A stretch of 64,000 bases of DNA from Corallococcus sp. (lineage in GTDB: Bacteria > Bacillota > Clostridia > Christensenellales > CAG-314). The notes below the pieces were generated by a model. That model saw only the letters and a program-made list of their open reading frames with translations, ran no database searches and had not been told where the DNA came from. The stretch lies in contig JAMPEJ010000004.1 in NCBI GenBank assembly GCA_023665205.1, forward strand, positions 93,112 through 157,111. Reading direction: 5' to 3'. Each line of letters opens with the position of its first letter. The stretch's first letter is position 1. Shown one piece after another: positions 7,828-17,129 of the stretch. The position numbers and the translations under genes were made by a program.

Positions 7828-10800
7828 GAGGCTCGGTAATAGTTACCAATTGCCCCGGCAGATAGCCGTTATTAGTTACGTTTATTGCGAAAGAGTAAGT
7901 CTGACCGACTTGCAATTTTTCTTTCAGAGCATCCGACAACTTTATGGTATAGGTGTTGTTTTCGCCCTTTTTACAGCCGTACCATTCGCTGTTGATACCG
8001 CTACGGATATAAATAAAGTTAATTGCATGGCTGGCGTCCATTGTAAGAGTAAAAGTCCACTCGCCATCCAAAGCCATGGTTGTAGCCACGTTCGTCAACA
8101 CCACGTAACGCTTGTAAACGGGACCGTAGTTTTCAACGTAAACCCAGTCGGTTTCCGTACCCAACGTTGCGCTTGCAGTCAGGAAATCTTCGCTGCTTGC
8201 AGCAAAGCAATTTTCGGCGGTTGCATAGTTGGTATAAATAACGTTTAATGCACCGGTTGTTACGTTATCTTCTTTAACTACGGTTGTTACATAGCACACG
8301 ACGTTGCGCACGGTGCCTTCTCCCTTGTTGTACGTCACTACGCCTGCCGTCAACCAGTTTGCAGTTATTGCGCAAGTAGAGTCGACGACTACGTTTTCGA
8401 TCAAACCTTCGTTTACCGTTGCGATAAAGGCAGTTTGGTTTTTGGATTTAACGGTTGCGTTCTTAAGAGTGAAGTTTTTGACTTCTCCCGTTGCTCCAAC
8501 GTATCCGAACATAGACAATCCGAATCCGTCGCCATTGAAACTGCTTCCTTCAATCTTAAAGTATTTGATAGTATATCCGTCGCCGTCAAATTTACCGGTA
8601 AACGGAACTCCCTTTTGTTCCAAACCGTCCGCGTAAGGATTATCTACGTTGCAAGTTGTGTCGTCTCCGCCTTGAACAGGTTGTTTGCCCACGGTAGTTA
8701 TAACGGCCTCTTCGAAATCAAGGTCCTTAGTAAGTCTGTAGTAACCGGCACGATTTGCTTGCATAAGCGCCCAAGCCTGTGCCGCAGTTTCGTCGCCTTG
8801 CGCCAGTTCGTACCAAATATCGTAAGTCTGTTTTTCGGATACGGTCGCATAGTCGTCCGTATAGGTGTAAGTTATCTCGTGTTGACCGGCTTCGGCCTCG
8901 CTTGCGGAAATTTTGGAAGTATCCGCATTAACGGTTGTGCCGCTTGCCATTACTAGAGCGTAGTCGGCTGCCGCAAGCAGATCCAAAGCCGTCGTCTTGG
9001 AGTAAGCAAGTTGCGGTATGCCGTTGTCGGTGGGCAACGCCGCTTTGGGCGTAACTTTCAATGCCGTTGCATAGTCAACAACTGTGACCGCTATTGTCGC
9101 GGTTTTGCCTTCGTAAGTAACGGTAATGTCCGTGCTGCCGGCCGTTGAGAAATCGTAACCGCCGCTAATCATTGCGTCGGTAATTGCAATGCCCGTTGTG
9201 GGATCGCCCGACGACATAGTTGCCGTGATTGTGGCGCCGGCAAGATCGGCTAAAGCGGAAACCGCAGAATTAAGTTTGTAGGTATCTTTTGCCGGAGTAC
9301 CTACGATTGCAATACCGGTTACGGTAACGGCCGCGTCTTTCACCGTGATACCGAACGTGCATTCGCTTCCGCCGTAGGAAACTTTGACGTTATAAGCCCC
9401 GGCAGTTGTCAAATCGTAGGTCGTGCCGTCCAACATAGCCGACGTAACGTCGATAATGCCGCTTGTGCCGTTGTTGTAAGAAACGTTGATTTTTGCGCCG
9501 GTCAAATCCAATACGGTATCTGTACCGATTGTGTAAGTTGCTTTTGCGGGTTGCGCGCTCATTGCAATACCTGTAACGGCTTTTGCAATAAGAGTTACTT
9601 TAAGCGTTACGTAATCGTTGTCGCCGGTGCCGTAGAACGCCTTGACTGTCTGCACTGCGCCGACGCTACCGTTAGCGTCGTAGCCGTCCAAGCGCGTGGG
9701 ATGGATTGTCGACGACGTGCCGTCGCTCATATTTTTGCGAACGTTGATCGTATCAAGATCGATATTCAAACCTTCGGTAATACTGACGGGAAGTTCCGCA
9801 ACAACGTTATTATCGCCGTCCAATAAGTCGTAACCCGTGACATACGCCGCAGTAATATCGATGGTAAACGTTGCGGTCGTACCGCTGCCGCTAACCGCCA
9901 TGTTGATAGATTCGCCGCCAACCAACGTAGTTGAAGCAATATTTGCAATTTTAACGTACAGCTTGCCTGCTCTCCACTCGTAGGAAAGTTGCGACGCATA
10001 CGGTCCGAAGAAAGTAACTTCTACGTTAGCGGGATCGCCTTCTTGAATGATAACGTCCAAAGCTAGTTCGTCGTTTCCGATAGCAAGCACGTGATCCGTA
10101 GAGTTGATACGCACGTAACTGGGGGTTACGTACAACGTGCCGATACCGTCGAAGTATCTCCAACCGCCGCCGAGTTTTGCGGTATGATCGCCGTTGTCGG
10201 CGAAGCCGTTTTTGACGGTTTCGTCAACTACGCCGCTGCCCTTATAAGCAAGTTCGATTTGCGGATTAGCAATCAGACTGACGACGTTTTTGATCGTACC
10301 GAAGTTGTATCCTACAAACGCCGCAGTGTGGTGGTAAACAGCGCGCGGATTACAACTTTCCTCCAAACTGACGTTTTCGATCGTGCCGGAATTGACGCCA
10401 ACCAACGTTGCAGCGTAACCGCCGCCGGAAGTAGAAACGTTGCGCAAATTGAGATTACATATTTTCGCATCCTCACCTAACCATCCGAACATGGCACGGC
10501 CGTAACCTTCGGCTTTCCAATTGGTAGCCTCTTTGACGCGATAATTCATTATAGTGTGTCCCAAACCGTCCAACGTACCCAAGAAAGCAACGCCGTTTTG
10601 GTTCTTGACCGGATCCATGGGATTACCTTCTTCGTCTTTAGGAGCACCGTCGCCGTCACCGGGCGCACCGTTTACAGGATCGGGCGTATAGATATTTTCC
10701 GTATCGACGATATGAGATACGGCAATAGGAGCCGCGCCGACAGGATCCTGCCAAGCGTTTTCAAAATCGAGGTCGCGGGTAAGCACGTAGTACTTACCTT

Positions 10801-11713
10801 GGGAATTGGCGACGTCCGCCGCCATGGCCTTGAATTCGTCTGGCGAGGAAATAGGAGTTCCTACAACTACCAAAACAAGTTGCGTACCGTCGCCGTCCGT
10901 AACGGAAAGTAGATTACGTCCTATCGTCAAAGCGGACGTGCTTACGCTGGTCGTATCTTCGTTGAGCGTAATTTCAAGTACGTCGCCGCGCATGTTTGCA
11001 ACTTTGGTAGCCAAACTGTTTGCTACAATGTAGTCGACGGAGTTTTGATCGTTTACGATGATTTCCACGCCGTTGACGTCTATGTCTGCATCTGTGCGTT
11101 CGCGCAGTTCAAACGTTACGGTAAATTGCTTTGTAACGTCGTTTTCCGTGTAGGAAACGGTAACGTCAAAGTCGCCTTCCGTCATAGTGTAGTCGTCTAC
11201 GTCAAGATCGTTTATCGTAAGAGATTTGGAAGAACCGTTGTCGTACTTAGCCAAAAACGCCGCGCCGGTGAAATCAACTTCCGTTACCAGTTCGTCCAAA
11301 AAGTATACGGATTTGGTCGGTTCTTGCGTCATAGTAAGTTGCGTAAGCACCTTATCCGTGCTGCTTGCAGACTTGGTATACGTCACCTCGTTGGAGGGTT
11401 TGCTTGCCGAATACTTAGCCGTATCGGTCGACTTGGCTGTTACCGTCACTTTGTACGTGCCTTCAGCAGTACTGCTTGGAAATACGTAACTCGTAGTAGT
11501 TACGTTTATCGCCGCGCCGTTGTTGACCTTTACGTCGTAACTGTCGGCATGCTCTACCTTTTTCCAACTTACCGTCCCCGTTTCGCTGTCCAGCGTTATG
11601 ACCGGAGCAGTCAGTTGAGTAGTTTCCGGATCGTCGTTACACGCAGCGAACACCAAGCAAAGGCACGCCACAAGCAACAACGATACTATTGCTACCAGTT
11701 TTTTGAGTTTCAT
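7814..11713 (-). CDS. Giant surface lipoprotein (1299 aa) with Ig-like (Big_3-type) repeats and two GLUG-motif modules
   Basis: Lipobox signal MKLKKLVAIVSLLLVACLCLVFAAC, with GGAGG 8 nt upstream of the ATG. Tandem repeats resemble Big_3 (TGIAMSAQPAKATYTIGTDTVLDLTGAKINVSYNNGT...VKVSYGG). GLUG-like strings include ATLVGVNSGTIENV, AAFVGYNFGTIKNV and GVVTYNKGEGTVRNV. Confidence 0.75.
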   Translation of the reverse strand: MKLKKLVAIVSLLLVACLCLVFAACNDDPETTQLTAPVITLDSETGTVSWKKVEHADSYDVKVNNGAAINVTTTSYVFPSSTAEGTYKVTVTAKSTDTAKYSASKPSNEVTYTKSASSTDKVLTQLTMTQEPTKSVYFLDELVTEVDFTGAAFLAKYDNGSSKSLTINDLDVDDYTMTEGDFDVTVSYTENDVTKQFTVTFELRERTDADIDVNGVEIIVNDQNSVDYIVANSLATKVANMRGDVLEITLNEDTTSVSTSALTIGRNLLSVTDGDGTQLVLVVVGTPISSPDEFKAMAADVANSQGKYYVLTRDLDFENAWQDPVGAAPIAVSHIVDTENIYTPDPVNGAPGDGDGAPKDEEGNPMDPVKNQNGVAFLGTLDGLGHTIMNYRVKEATNWKAEGYGRAMFGWLGEDAKICNLNLRNVSTSGGGYAATLVGVNSGTIENVSLEESCNPRAVYHHTAAFVGYNFGTIKNVVSLIANPQIELAYKGSGVVDETVKNGFADNGDHTAKLGGGWRYFDGIGTLYVTPSYVRINSTDHVLAIGNDELALDVIIQEGDPANVEVTFFGPYASQLSYEWRAGKLYVKIANIASTTLVGGESINMAVSGSGTTATFTIDITAAYVTGYDLLDGDNNVVAELPVSITEGLNIDLDTINVRKNMSDGTSSTIHPTRLDGYDANGSVGAVQTVKAFYGTGDNDYVTLKVTLIAKAVTGIAMSAQPAKATYTIGTDTVLDLTGAKINVSYNNGTSGIIDVTSAMLDGTTYDLTTAGAYNVKVSYGGSECTFGITVKDAAVTVTGIAIVGTPAKDTYKLNSAVSALADLAGATITATMSSGDPTTGIAITDAMISGGYDFSTAGSTDITVTYEGKTATIAVTVVDYATALKVTPKAALPTDNGIPQLAYSKTTALDLLAAADYALVMASGTTVNADTSKISASEAEAGQHEITYTYTDDYATVSEKQTYDIWYELAQGDETAAQAWALMQANRAGYYRLTKDLDFEEAVITTVGKQPVQGGDDTTCNVDNPYADGLEQKGVPFTGKFDGDGYTIKYFKIEGSSFNGDGFGLSMFGYVGATGEVKNFTLKNATVKSKNQTAFIATVNEGLIENVVVDSTCAITANWLTAGVVTYNKGEGTVRNVVCYVTTVVKEDNVTTGALNVIYTNYATAENCFAASSEDFLTASATLGTETDWVYVENYGPVYKRYVVLTNVATTMALDGEWTFTLTMDASHAINFIYIRSGINSEWYGCKKGENNTYTIKLSDALKEKLQVGQTYSFAINVTNNGYLPGQLVTITEPQEGL

Positions 11714-11729
11714 TGTGTTTCCTCCGTTT

Positions 11730-12863
11730 TTATTTGAATATATCGTCTGTCAAAGCTTCTACCGCTTTAGAAACCGCACCGATTACCGAAGCGTTACCCT
11801 GCAAACAGGAAGCGACCGCCGTCGCCTCGTTTATGGATTTGCCGACTTCGGCGTTTACCGTTTGGACGTATTCGTCGATTTGCGCCAATCTTCCGGAAAT
11901 AACGATCGTCGAAATGTCCAAAAGTTCTACAATGTCTTTAAGCACTTTACCAAGGCAACTCGCCGTTTTTAATATGTGTTTACGGGAGTACTCGTCTGTA
12001 TTGAACAGCGTTGCCACTTCGTCTGCGGCAACCTCGCGTCCGAATTGCTGCGAAAGATGTTCGCGCACGGCGCGCAGAGAAACGAATTCGTCCAAAGCAT
12101 CGCTTTTGCCGTCAAATTCCGCGCGCATAAGTCCGACTTCTCCCGCAAATCCGTGTTGTCCAAAATAGGGTTTGCCCTGAAGTATCAGCGCACCGCCCAC
12201 GCCTTCGTCGATATGTACGAGCATTCCGTTTTGAACGCCGCACATTTTGCCCGCGTGCATTTCGCCGATTGCCGCAAGGTTTGTGTCGTTTGTCATAACT
12301 ACCGGCACGCCGAAATGCTCCGAAAACAGATTGACTATGCTGTTTTTTTCGCAGAAAATTTCTTTATCGAACTGAGGAGACAACTGCAATTCGCCCGTAA
12401 GAGTATTTACGCGCCCGGGTACGGATAAATCTATACCCAAAAGAGGCATATCGCGGTATTTGTCGGCGGAAAGCATAGTTTTGAGTTTCAACACAAGTTG
12501 AAACAACATTGCAAGATCGTATTTTTCCACGTTTTGCTCGGTGCTTTCGATAACGTTCTTTTTCATATCCGACACTACGATTTTTGCAACGTAGTCGGAA
12601 AAACTGACCACCACTACGTAACCGAAGTTTTCGTTTATCGTATAATATACGGGACGTCGGCCCAAGCCCTGAGAATTGGGGGCGTCGGCCACTTCCTTAA
12701 CGTAGCCGTTTTTTTGCAATTCGGCAACGATAAAGGAAATTGCCGCATTGGATAAATTAAGTTTTTTTGACAACATAGTCGCCGAACAAAGTCCCTCGCG
12801 CAATTCGCGCATGACTAGTTGGTTGTTGACTTGTCGCGCATAAGTTTGATTTTTTCCCGTCAT
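11730..12863 (-). CDS. ROK-family transcriptional regulator (N-terminal wHTH plus ROK sugar-kinase-like domain)
   Basis: 377 aa. The N-terminus ARQVNNQLVMRELREGLCSATMLSKKLNLSNAAISFIVAELQKNGYV looks like a wHTH. The ROK-like core includes GIDLSVPGRVN, MTNDTNLAAIGE and GEVGLM. Confidence 0.8.
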   Translation of the reverse strand: MTGKNQTYARQVNNQLVMRELREGLCSATMLSKKLNLSNAAISFIVAELQKNGYVKEVADAPNSQGLGRRPVYYTINENFGYVVVVSFSDYVAKIVVSDMKKNVIESTEQNVEKYDLAMLFQLVLKLKTMLSADKYRDMPLLGIDLSVPGRVNTLTGELQLSPQFDKEIFCEKNSIVNLFSEHFGVPVVMTNDTNLAAIGEMHAGKMCGVQNGMLVHIDEGVGGALILQGKPYFGQHGFAGEVGLMRAEFDGKSDALDEFVSLRAVREHLSQQFGREVAADEVATLFNTDEYSRKHILKTASCLGKVLKDIVELLDISTIVISGRLAQIDEYVQTVNAEVGKSINEATAVASCLQGNASVIGAVSKAVEALTDDIFK

Positions 12864-12900
12864 ATATTTGTACCGCCGATCTTTTGTTTGGTTTTTTAGT

Positions 12901-15288
12901 TTACGCTATGGTTACGATCACGCGGAATTTTTCTCCGCTTTCCGTTTGAATAAGCACGCTTATTGGTTCGCTGCCGTACTTGACAAACTGACTTCCTGCA
13001 ATCACGACCGTATCGCCGCTGCAAGTAAACTCTGCCTCTTTACCGAAAATTTTGACGCCCGATACGGTCAAACCGCTTTGAGGCAAAGAGAGTTGTACGT
13101 CGGTTAGATTTTGTCTGTCCAGTTGCACCGGATCCAACAAAGTATCGCCTACTACGGTTATCTGTTTTTGTACTTTTTCTCCGTCGGCAAGCGTTGCGAC
13201 AAGGTTAAACGTACCGCTTTGTACGTTTGGAGCGATAGAAATAACGTCGCCCTTTATGGACACGCCTTGCGTAGCACCTGTAATAGAATAAGTGACTTTT
13301 TGGTTGGCGGTAGCAGGAAGCACCGCACAATTTACGCGATAATGGCCGTCGGCGTACATAACGTCTTCGGTATCTACGAACGCCGTTTGCTGCAAATTGA
13401 CCTTGGCGTACACCCACACCGTATAGTCTGCGTAAATCTCGCCGCAGGTTATGCGTACCGTTACGTATTCGCCGGCTTGTGCGTTACGTACGCTCAAAAG
13501 GCCTTCCGCAGTTACCGTTGCGCCGTTGCCTTGCACTATTTCGAAAGTCAAACCGTTTGCAGCCGCGCTTGAGGGGTTTGTCGTAACGTCCAATTGCAAA
13601 GAATCGCCGCGCGTAAGATGAGTTTCGGTATTGTTTACAACGACCGATTTTAGAGGATACTCTAAGTCCAAACTCGGCAACACCGGAAGCGAACCTGCGC
13701 TATGTTGCCAATTGCTCCAAGACGAATAATCCATCTTGGCAAGATTTGTAGAGTCGCTTGCAAGAGCGCAATTTGTTGCGCTGCCGCTACCGGAAAAAGC
13801 GTACGTTTTATTTTGAACGGCATAGCAATCGGTAATTATCCCCATGTTGTCGCCGCAGAAACTGCCGACGTAACTTTCGCCGGAGGCCTTGCCCAAACTG
13901 TAACAGTTTTTAACGGTACCTTCGTTTTTGCCTACGAATCCGCCCAAAATTCGGCAGCCGTCGGCAGTAACGTCCACGTCTGCCCAACAGTCGTACACTT
14001 TGCCCATATTGTATCCGACCATTCCTCCGCTAAACGACTTGACGTTATTAAAACCTTTGACGCCAAGATTTTTGACTATGCCGCTTGCCGAAACGCACCC
14101 GAACAGTCCGGAGTTGAACGCAAAATTATCGCTGCGCGTAATACTCAATCCGCTGATAACGTGTCCGTTACCGTCAAATTCGCCCGCAAAGGCCCAGTCG
14201 GTTGCAGTCCCGTCTGTTCTGTCGTAATACACGCCGATCGGCTTCCAGCGGTTGCCGGAATCGTAACCTTTACCGCCCACGGCAAGATATTTTGTCAGAT
14301 CCAAGTCGCAAGCCAAAACGTAAAAACCGCGCAAATTTTCCTGACTGTCGTTGATAGCGGCAAGTTCTTCCGCACTTGTAACGTATTTTGCGATTTTTAC
14401 TTGCACCGCAACTGCGTTTTTGGCAGTGACGATACGAAACATATTTATACCCATGCCCAGTCCGCTTGCGTATCTGGGAGTCAAAGTCAGCGTATTAGTA
14501 GCGGAATCGTAAGCGTAATCGGTATGAGCGCTAAGCCTGTTGTGTCCGCGTGTAACACCCAAGATCCCCTCCGCTTCCGCATCGGCGTTAGTCCCGAAAT
14601 CCAGCGTAAAAGATATTCCGGTTCCTACGCCCAGTTCGGCAATAGCCTCGTCCTTTTCGGCAGTGACGTAATTTCCTACTGCAGCTACGAAATTTTTTTC
14701 CGCAACGGCTCCGTGAGAGGAAACCACCACGGTAAACGGAGTACCGTCCGTTACCGCCTCGGTAAAGGTAACTTTGCCTGTGACCGAGTTGACTTTTATA
14801 CCTACGTAATCATCTTTGAGAGTGTACGAGATAGAATACGCGGGAGACGCTACGGCTTCCGCAGTATCGCCGCTTATCAGATAATCGGAAAGGTTGGTTA
14901 TTTCCAGTTCGGGCGCTTCCACTTTTGCGACGACGGTGCATACGGTCGTATCGGTGCACTTTCCGCCGCTTTTTGCACCCAAAAGCACCTGAGTGCCGTT
15001 TGCCACCGTGTCTGCAACGGAAAAAGTGCCGTTATCCGACACGCGGATTCCGTCAGGCGCTTTGCCTACGATAAAATAGGACGCTTTGCCGTTGGCAGTG
15101 ACGCGGATTCCGTCCGCAATTTCGTATACGTCGGCGTCAAAGCGCACAGCCTCCGTATCTGCCGACAAATCTGCGCCTTCGTTGTAGTCGGAAGGAGTAT
15201 CGGTCGCGTCGTTACAAGCAACCGCTGCGATAAGCGAGCAGCACAAAACCAAACACAATATTAAAACGAGTGCAATTTTTTTGCGCAT
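12901..15288 (-). CDS. Surface lipoprotein (about 796 aa) with a GLUG-motif module and Ig-like domains
   Basis: The ORF track extends to 15495. The lipoprotein signal MRKKIALVLILCLVLCCSLIAAVAC begins at ATG 15288, which overlaps the upstream permease stop as ATGA. GLUG strings include FSGGMVGYNMGKVYDC, ILGGFVGKNEGTVKNCY and YVGSFCGDNMGIITDCY. Confidence 0.75.
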   Translation of the reverse strand: MRKKIALVLILCLVLCCSLIAAVACNDATDTPSDYNEGADLSADTEAVRFDADVYEIADGIRVTANGKASYFIVGKAPDGIRVSDNGTFSVADTVANGTQVLLGAKSGGKCTDTTVCTVVAKVEAPELEITNLSDYLISGDTAEAVASPAYSISYTLKDDYVGIKVNSVTGKVTFTEAVTDGTPFTVVVSSHGAVAEKNFVAAVGNYVTAEKDEAIAELGVGTGISFTLDFGTNADAEAEGILGVTRGHNRLSAHTDYAYDSATNTLTLTPRYASGLGMGINMFRIVTAKNAVAVQVKIAKYVTSAEELAAINDSQENLRGFYVLACDLDLTKYLAVGGKGYDSGNRWKPIGVYYDRTDGTATDWAFAGEFDGNGHVISGLSITRSDNFAFNSGLFGCVSASGIVKNLGVKGFNNVKSFSGGMVGYNMGKVYDCWADVDVTADGCRILGGFVGKNEGTVKNCYSLGKASGESYVGSFCGDNMGIITDCYAVQNKTYAFSGSGSATNCALASDSTNLAKMDYSSWSNWQHSAGSLPVLPSLDLEYPLKSVVVNNTETHLTRGDSLQLDVTTNPSSAAANGLTFEIVQGNGATVTAEGLLSVRNAQAGEYVTVRITCGEIYADYTVWVYAKVNLQQTAFVDTEDVMYADGHYRVNCAVLPATANQKVTYSITGATQGVSIKGDVISIAPNVQSGTFNLVATLADGEKVQKQITVVGDTLLDPVQLDRQNLTDVQLSLPQSGLTVSGVKIFGKEAEFTCSGDTVVIAGSQFVKYGSEPISVLIQTESGEKFRVIVTIA

Positions 15289-16169
15289 CAACCTTTCAAA
15301 CCTCCGGCGACGGTATTTTCTATAATGGTCTTTTGGAAGCAAGCGAACAAAATAAGAATGGGAATTACGGCAACCATCACCGCGGCAAACTGCCAAGGAT
15401 AATTGCCCTTTGCCTCCGTTTGCAACGCCTGCAATCCTACTGCCAAAGTTTTGGTGCCGGTCATGTACAAATACGGTGTGGAGTAGTCGTTCCACAAGGC
15501 GATCGCCTGCAAAATAGACACAGCTATGATAGGACCTTTTGCAAGAGGCAGCATAACGCGGAACAAGATTTGAAACCTGCCCGCGCCGTCAATCTGCGCG
15601 GCCTCCGCATAACTCCAAGAAATGGTTTCGAAAGAACTGTGCAGCAATATAAAGTTGAAGCCGAAGCACCCCGAATACAGGAACAGTACGCCGAAGATGG
15701 AATCGTCTATTCCCAAAGTTTGCAGCATGCGGTAAGTTGCTGGCATAGTACCGATTATGGGAACAACCATGGTAAAGATTGCGGCGCCCAAGATAAAGCG
15801 TCTGCCCGGAAAACGGTACTTTGATACGCAATATGCGGAAATTGCCGAAAGCCCGACGTTTATTACCGTACCCAAAACCGTAAGCAGCACGCTCATAAGC
15901 AACATGCTTAGCATGGATTGTCCTGCGATTTCAAAGGAAAGCACGTCGCTGTAATTTTGGAAACGCCAAATACGCGGAAATCCGAAATGGTTGGGTGAAA
16001 TATAGTCCTCGTTTGCTTTGACACTGTTCAATAGCATCCATACGAACGGCGCCAACAGCGAGATCGCATACGCAAGCATAATGACGAACATAATCCACTT
16101 GACGACGTTGAAGGATGAAAATTTCTTGGTTTGTATCGGGAGATATTTTTTCAGTTGTCTTTTTGTCAC
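15288..16169 (-). CDS. Carbohydrate ABC transporter permease (CUT1, MalG/LplC-like)
   Basis: 293 aa and multi-pass. It has an EAA-loop-like SYAEAAQIDGAGRFQILFRVMLPL. Confidence 0.8.
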   Translation of the reverse strand: MTKRQLKKYLPIQTKKFSSFNVVKWIMFVIMLAYAISLLAPFVWMLLNSVKANEDYISPNHFGFPRIWRFQNYSDVLSFEIAGQSMLSMLLMSVLLTVLGTVINVGLSAISAYCVSKYRFPGRRFILGAAIFTMVVPIIGTMPATYRMLQTLGIDDSIFGVLFLYSGCFGFNFILLHSSFETISWSYAEAAQIDGAGRFQILFRVMLPLAKGPIIAVSILQAIALWNDYSTPYLYMTGTKTLAVGLQALQTEAKGNYPWQFAAVMVAVIPILILFACFQKTIIENTVAGGLKG

Positions 16170-16181
16170 GTTCGCACCTCC

Positions 16182-17123
16182 CTAAAAATCCACGTCGGCG
16201 TACTTTTTGGACATTCTGTTGCGCACAAGCAAAACGATAGGTGCCCAAATGACGGAAAATAACAAACCTTTAGCCGCGCTTTCTCCGTATGCGTTGAGGT
16301 CGTAAGTTCCCACGCTGTTGAATATCTGCATTGCAATGGTATCCACGTTGCCACGCTCGGCGGCCAGCAGATAAGGCTGCAAATACAAAGTCAAAACGTT
16401 TGTCATACCAAGTACTACCAACGTTACGATGGTAGGCCAAATAAGAGGTATTGTAATTTTTGTAAATTCCGTAAAATATCCGGCGCCGTCCAATTGCGCG
16501 CTTTCAAAAATCTCTTTGGGAATGCGCCCGATTGCGCCGGACAACAGAACGACGTTATAGCCGAGTCCGGCCCAAATACAGTACACGTACACCATGATCT
16601 GCGAAGACGGCCATGCACCGTAAATATCCCATGCCAAGCCCATTTTGTCCAAAATTTCGTACATATATCCGCCGGGTTGCATGGGTATGTTATATGCCAT
16701 TGTAAGCGCGACTATCGGAATAATGTTAGGTAAAAAGAATATCACGCGCAAAACGTTTGCAAACGGCATCTTTTTTTGTAAAAAGTACGCAAACAACAGC
16801 GACAGAGGCAGACTGATAAAAATAGTCACTACTCCGTAACCCAAAGAGTTGAGCACCGCTATCCAAGCGCCGTTTATGCCGTACTGCAAAGTGGCGGCGT
16901 CGGAGCGGAACATCTGACGCACTACTTCGGCAAAATTGTTAAACGTCCAAACGGTCTCGCCGCGTATGTTTTGCTGAAAAGCCATCATAAGGGACCCGAC
17001 GTTTACAAACAGCCAAGTACCTACAAACTGCAATACGGGATATGCAAGCAAAATGGCGACGAAGATTAGATCTCTTCTGCGCCGCTTATTTTTATTGGGA
17101 CTAAGCGATAGTCTTCTGTGCAT
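16182..17123 (-). CDS. Carbohydrate ABC transporter permease (CUT1, MalF/LplB-like)
   Basis: 313 aa and multi-pass. It has the EAA loop FESAQLDGAGYFTEFTKITIPL. Confidence 0.8.
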   Translation of the reverse strand: MHRRLSLSPNKNKRRRRDLIFVAILLAYPVLQFVGTWLFVNVGSLMMAFQQNIRGETVWTFNNFAEVVRQMFRSDAATLQYGINGAWIAVLNSLGYGVVTIFISLPLSLLFAYFLQKKMPFANVLRVIFFLPNIIPIVALTMAYNIPMQPGGYMYEILDKMGLAWDIYGAWPSSQIMVYVYCIWAGLGYNVVLLSGAIGRIPKEIFESAQLDGAGYFTEFTKITIPLIWPTIVTLVVLGMTNVLTLYLQPYLLAAERGNVDTIAMQIFNSVGTYDLNAYGESAAKGLLFSVIWAPIVLLVRNRMSKKYADVDF

Positions 17124-17129
17124 CGTTAT

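Noticed and set aside
13702-15264. Very long antisense ORFs opposite real genes. Examples are 13702..15264 (520 aa), 55329..56966 (545 aa), 41215..42675 (486 aa), 54131..55390 (419 aa), 17547..18713 (388 aa), 25425..26576 (383 aa), 5417..6520 (367 aa) and 59422..60447 (341 aa).
   Set aside because: Each lies fully inside a gene with strong motif support on the other strand (GLUG protein, binding protein, HydB, SNase, GH16, HddC-GmhB, phosphoesterase, ABC ATPase). Their products are rich in R, V, F and C and carry no motifs. They are best explained by codon bias removing stops from the antisense frame. The pattern is striking, but it is not evidence of overlapping genes.
15289-15495. A 69-codon N-terminal extension of the GLUG lipoprotein ORF (MERLLHTVFVHDRHQNF...)
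   Set aside because: The extension overlaps the upstream permease coding region. A textbook lipoprotein signal begins at ATG 15288, which overlaps the permease stop as ATGA.
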